The position numbers were made by a program, and so were the translations under genes. A DNA stretch of 35,389 nt, from positions 1-35,389 of the forward strand of contig JBOGUK010000171.1 of NCBI GenBank assembly GCA_050695915.1, in the 5' to 3' direction. This DNA is from Anaerolineales bacterium. Lineage in GTDB: Bacteria > Chloroflexota > Anaerolineae > Anaerolineales > UBA11579. This document shows, one piece after another, positions 31,946 to 35,389 of the stretch. Below the pieces are notes generated by a model. That model had not been told where the DNA came from. It was given only the letters and a program-made list of their open reading frames with translations, and searched no databases. Each line of letters starts with the position of its first letter. Within the stretch, counting starts at the first letter, position 1.

Positions 31946-34384
31946 TCAGAGCAGGTCTTCGGCTTTGGTGTAGCAATCCAGGGCTTTGCGCAATTCGTTG
32001 TTGCGCATGTAGGCGTCGCCCAGTGTTTGCCAGAGGGTGGCATCGCCAGGGTGACGGTGGACCGCCGCATCGAGATCGGTAATCACCTCATCCAGCAACA
32101 GGCGTCGGCGAAGAAGGTGACCATAGTGGTCGGCGGCGTCTGACAACTTGCCATAGGACAGGGATTGGCGCGCCTGCTCCAGGCGATCCGTCGCCGACAC
32201 CCGGTCAGCAGCTTGTTGCTGCTGAAGCACTTTGGTCACGCCGCGAGGTTTGACCTGGGGTGGGGCCGGGATTTCATCTTCAGCTTCATCTTCTTCGCGG
32301 GTCTCTGGGATCCAGTTCATCTTTGTTTCGCGCTCGGTTTCCTCGAGGCGCGGCGGTCCCAATTCAGCTAGCCAATCGATGGCAGGCTCACTGTCGGAAT
32401 CGGGAAGTGCGGGTTCTGCGGCTTTTTCATCTGGCAGTTCATAGGTTCCGGGCCTGAGTTCATCGAGCCAGTCTGGCGCTTCATCCAGGGGGCGAGGAGC
32501 AATTGGCTCCTCGGCCTCCGCGGTCTCTGGGCGCAGCTCCTCCAACCAGTCGGGTTTCCCTTCGGACAGCCGCATACTCGTTGGCTCTCGCAATTCCGAT
32601 GTCTCCCGTGTCGACGGGTCGGGCGTAGTATTAAGTTCTTGTAACCAATCTGGGAGAGCGCCTGTACCCTCTTGAACAGGGGTACTGGGCAAAACTGGCT
32701 CTTCGGCCACAGGTGGAGCCATGGGCGCCGCGTCTTCATCGCCTTTTCCTTCTGAGACTTCAGTTTCCTCTCTTAGTTCCTGGAGCCAATCAGGAAGCGC
32801 GCCGGTAGTTTCTACGCGCGGCTGGTCACCTGCGGGAGGTTCAAGAGGGGTGGCGTCTTCAGGTTCCGCCGGTTCTTCGATTGCGAGTGGCGCTTCGTCG
32901 GTTTCCATGGGCCGGTCTTCCTCTGTGTCAGATAGTTCATCTAGCCAGGCGAGGGCAGCGCTCTTGTTAGAAGAGGCGTCTGGTTCCTGAGGAACAGGCT
33001 CTTCCGCACGTATAGGTTCATCCCCTTCAGCGAGGAATGGCGCTTTACTTTCCTGCTGATCGGCGGCGAGTTCGTCAAGCCAGCTTAGATCCTGCTCCTC
33101 TTCGGCTTGTGACGTCGGGGGTTGCGTGGCAGGTTCGCCTTCCTCAAGGGATTCTTGAGCCCCAGTCCCCTCAAGATTATCCAATTCTTCGAAATGGGAG
33201 GGCAAGCCCAACGATAGATCCATCTCAGCGGCCTCCGCTCCGGAAAGTTCCCCTGTATTTGTTTTTTGTGGACTCAACTCGGACAGCCAATCGGGTATCT
33301 CCGAGGTAACCCCTTTTTGTGGCTCGCTTGGCGTCGATTCAGCTGGTAAATCCTCTCCAGGTTGATGTTCGGTAACGAGTTCATCGTTTGGTTGCGGAGC
33401 AGTGGAGGGTTCCTCCGAATCGATGGATAACCAATCCGGAAGTTCCTCGCGCTCAAAGAAATGCTCTTCGGCGGCCAGTGCCTCGGTGGGCTGCAGGATT
33501 TCGGCGCTGGCCTTGGACACTGCGGCGCCCTGTGCATCCGTTTCTAGCATGACGCGAACTCCAGGAACCTTTTCCGGTGGAGTGCGCGCATCCGTGAGGG
33601 CAGCATACGGGTCTAATTCGACTACGCGATCCAGAAATGTTTGAGCTTCAACCTGGCGACCGCTGGCCTTCAAAATGTTCGCCATCACGCGGTTGGCGTA
33701 GAGACAGTAGGGCAGTTTTTCCAGGAGGCGCGTGCAAATATCGATCGCCTCTGTTTCCTTATTGGTCTTGAAATACATCTCTGCAAGCAAAACCTGCAAA
33801 TCGGCGCGCTGCGGATCTTCCGACAGTGCGCTGGTTAGTTCGCCGATTGCCTGGGAATACAGGTCGCCGTGAGCGTACATTCGGGCGAGCGCGCCGCGAG
33901 TAAGACGCACTTTGGGAATGTCGTACCCTTCGCGCTTTTGGTACAGCCTGCGCAATTCGTCTTGCACCGCGCGATTTGAGGGTTGCGCCTCAAACGCACG
34001 CTCCATATGCCCGATGGCCGCATTCAGGTTTTCTTCATCTTCGCGGACGATGCTCATGCCGATATGGGAAACAAAATCATCGGGGCAGGAAGAGAGAACC
34101 CGCTGAAAGAGATCGCTTGCCTCACCGTGACGATGGGCCTCGAGGTAGGCCTTGCCCATCATGCGGTAGGTGTCGACGTGTTTCGGGTACGTTTCGAGGA
34201 TTTGACGGCAACGAGTGAGCGCATCTTCTATCCGCCCATTATCGATTAACTCCTCAGTCTGTTTAAGGTAATCCCTGAGACTAATAGTTGCCAAGCTCCG
34301 ACTCCGGTGAGTTAGTATGCCATCTCTCACGGCAAGATGCAAGCTATGGGCCAAAAAGGTGGGGGTCTTGACAAAACATCTCAT
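31946..34384 (-). CDS. tetratricopeptide-repeat protein with a central acidic (P)DWLxEL repeat region
   Basis: There are TPR-like helices at both ends and about 9 copies of the (P)DWLxEL motif in an E/D/P-rich middle. The real start may be the TTG at 34294 (LATISLRDYLKQ...), which has GGAG 7 nt upstream. Confidence 0.8.
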   Translation of the reverse strand: MRCFVKTPTFLAHSLHLAVRDGILTHRSRSLATISLRDYLKQTEELIDNGRIEDALTRCRQILETYPKHVDTYRMMGKAYLEAHRHGEASDLFQRVLSSCPDDFVSHIGMSIVREDEENLNAAIGHMERAFEAQPSNRAVQDELRRLYQKREGYDIPKVRLTRGALARMYAHGDLYSQAIGELTSALSEDPQRADLQVLLAEMYFKTNKETEAIDICTRLLEKLPYCLYANRVMANILKASGRQVEAQTFLDRVVELDPYAALTDARTPPEKVPGVRVMLETDAQGAAVSKASAEILQPTEALAAEEHFFEREELPDWLSIDSEEPSTAPQPNDELVTEHQPGEDLPAESTPSEPQKGVTSEIPDWLSELSPQKTNTGELSGAEAAEMDLSLGLPSHFEELDNLEGTGAQESLEEGEPATQPPTSQAEEEQDLSWLDELAADQQESKAPFLAEGDEPIRAEEPVPQEPDASSNKSAALAWLDELSDTEEDRPMETDEAPLAIEEPAEPEDATPLEPPAGDQPRVETTGALPDWLQELREETEVSEGKGDEDAAPMAPPVAEEPVLPSTPVQEGTGALPDWLQELNTTPDPSTRETSELREPTSMRLSEGKPDWLEELRPETAEAEEPIAPRPLDEAPDWLDELRPGTYELPDEKAAEPALPDSDSEPAIDWLAELGPPRLEETERETKMNWIPETREEDEAEDEIPAPPQVKPRGVTKVLQQQQAADRVSATDRLEQARQSLSYGKLSDAADHYGHLLRRRLLLDEVITDLDAAVHRHPGDATLWQTLGDAYMRNNELRKALDCYTKAEDLL

Positions 34385-34401
34385 TTATTTTATAAAATAA
34401 A
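34384..34401. promoter_or_regulatory. 18-bp perfect AT-only palindrome upstream of padR (candidate operator/promoter)
   Basis: TTTATTTTATAAAATAAA ends 14 nt before the padR ATG. It lies in the divergent gap to the TPR gene. Confidence 0.4.
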
Positions 34402-34415
34402 ACTAATAGGCCAAA

Positions 34416-34724
34416 ATGAGAATTCTTTCGCGGACGGAAGAAATGTTGCTTTTGGCAGTAAGGGCGCTTGAACCACTGGCCTACGGCCTGTCAATCGGCG
34501 AATTCTTAAAGGAGCATTCTGGGAGGGCCTGGTCTGTGGGCGCGATCTATATCCCGCTGGAAAGGCTGCGAAAGCGCGGGCTCTTGAGCGCGTTGGATGG
34601 CGATCCGACTCCGGAACGCGGTGGGCGCAGCAAGCGCTTTTACCGTTTGACCAGCAAAGGCCTTGAAGCATTGGGCGAAGTCAAAAGGCTGCACGATTTG
34701 CTGTGGGCGGCTGCGGATCGATAG
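34416..34724 (+). CDS. PadR-family transcriptional regulator
   Basis: 102 aa with the winged-helix pattern LLLAVRALEPLAYGLSIGEFL...IYIPLERLRKRGLL...KRFYRLTSKGLEAL. Confidence 0.85.
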   Translation: MRILSRTEEMLLLAVRALEPLAYGLSIGEFLKEHSGRAWSVGAIYIPLERLRKRGLLSALDGDPTPERGGRSKRFYRLTSKGLEALGEVKRLHDLLWAAADR

Positions 34725-34727
34725 GTT

Positions 34728-34958
34728 TTGATGATCGATAGGCACTCTTCTCCAGGGGCGGCAATCTTGGCTCGTTTCCTGCCGTCTGATATTGAAGAAT
34801 CTGTCATGGGTGATTTGGACGAGACCTTCCACCGCATCGCTACTTTGCGAGGACGCCTGCTTGCGCAGATCTGGCTTGTCGCTCAGGTAGCCACGTTGAC
34901 GCCTAAATTCTTTTTGTTTCACCTGCAAACTCTTGAACCATGGAGGATTTTCCAGTGA
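34728..34958 (+). CDS. PadR-associated 'permease prefix'-like N-terminal domain ORF
   Basis: ILARFLPSDIEESVMGDLDETFHRIA...RLLAQIWLVAQV resembles the N-terminal prefix seen on PadR-linked membrane proteins. It starts 3 nt after padR and may be the 5' part of the next ORF (frameshift). Confidence 0.4.
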   Translation: MMIDRHSSPGAAILARFLPSDIEESVMGDLDETFHRIATLRGRLLAQIWLVAQVATLTPKFFLFHLQTLEPWRIFQ

Positions 34959-35347
34959 ACGGAAACTTTTTTGTAAAAGGAAGCAAATGGACAGCGGCGG
35001 CAGGCAGCTTAGCCCTCCTGCCAGCGCTGTTCCTTGTCAGCATCGGACTGATGTTTAGTTTTGGATCGCGGGAACTGGGAGATCTACTGCTCACACGGGT
35101 GTATTCGGGGGAATGGTACTGGCGGATTGCCCATCCCGTTTTTGTGTTGGGCGGGCTGGTCTCCGCATTCCTGATTAACTCCTTTTCGGTGGCCTCTTTT
35201 GATGTGCGCCGGACGAAGGAAGAGGTTGGTTTTTCGCTCAAGGTTCGGAAAAGCGTGTTGAACCTTGTCGTGATGGCGGTGGCGGCGATTACCCTGCTTA
35301 TCCTGCTGGCTTACGCCTTTGGCGAAACCCTCTCCTATCCCCTGTAA
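34940..35347 (+). CDS. small multi-TM membrane protein, unknown family
   Basis: 135 aa with 3 hydrophobic spans (AAGSLALLPALFLVSIGLMF; IAHPVFVLGGLVSAFLI; LNLVVMAVAAITLLILLAYAF). It overlaps the previous ORF by 19 nt in another frame. Confidence 0.45.
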   Translation: MEDFPVNGNFFVKGSKWTAAAGSLALLPALFLVSIGLMFSFGSRELGDLLLTRVYSGEWYWRIAHPVFVLGGLVSAFLINSFSVASFDVRRTKEEVGFSLKVRKSVLNLVVMAVAAITLLILLAYAFGETLSYPL

Positions 35348-35389
35348 ATCGCAACCCCAAAGTTTATTTGAATGGCGATGTCATCTTGA

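Overview
This is a chromosomal segment of a moderately GC-rich bacterium with about 40 genes. I recognised no rRNA, tRNA, CRISPR array, transposase or integrase. Gene content and repeat style suggest a Chloroflexota-like organism, but that is inference. **Left (1-7.4 kb, mostly minus strand):** hydrolase and housekeeping genes: lipoate-protein ligase family, two alpha/beta hydrolases, phosphodiester glycosidase, DUF1385, M20 dipeptidase and an esterase. They are followed by a nucleotidyltransferase-fold gene and a decayed MNT-type nucleotidyltransferase remnant. **Centre (7.5-30 kb, all plus strand):** this is the interesting part. It holds an SsnA aminohydrolase and an 8-gene coenzyme F420 block (npdG, cofE, two PPOX-class genes, a stand-alone nitroreductase-family gene, cofD, cofC, an LLM oxidoreductase). 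It also holds two xanthine-dehydrogenase-family molybdenum hydroxylase operons with complementary domain fusions. Operon 1 is PaaI thioesterase, FAD subunit, PLP decarboxylase and an FeS+Moco fusion. Operon 2 is an FAD+FeS fusion, a small 2-TM protein, a Moco subunit and an alpha/beta hydrolase. The maturation genes are xdhC, a short-form yqeB and a yqeC-mocA fusion. Together these match the proposed but biochemically uncharacterised selenium-dependent molybdenum hydroxylase (SDMH) neighbourhood, here interleaved with F420 genes. Between the two operons lie an AbrB/Doc toxin-antitoxin pair, decayed gene remnants and an 8-bp tandem repeat. **Right (30-35.4 kb):** thpR, rsfS, a frameshifted four-helix-bundle pseudogene in an AT-rich gap, ndk, a large TPR protein with acidic (P)DWLxEL repeats, and padR with downstream small membrane ORFs. 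Several families of short palindromic or heptamer repeats occupy key intergenic gaps. All homology statements come from motif recognition by eye and memory, not from searches.
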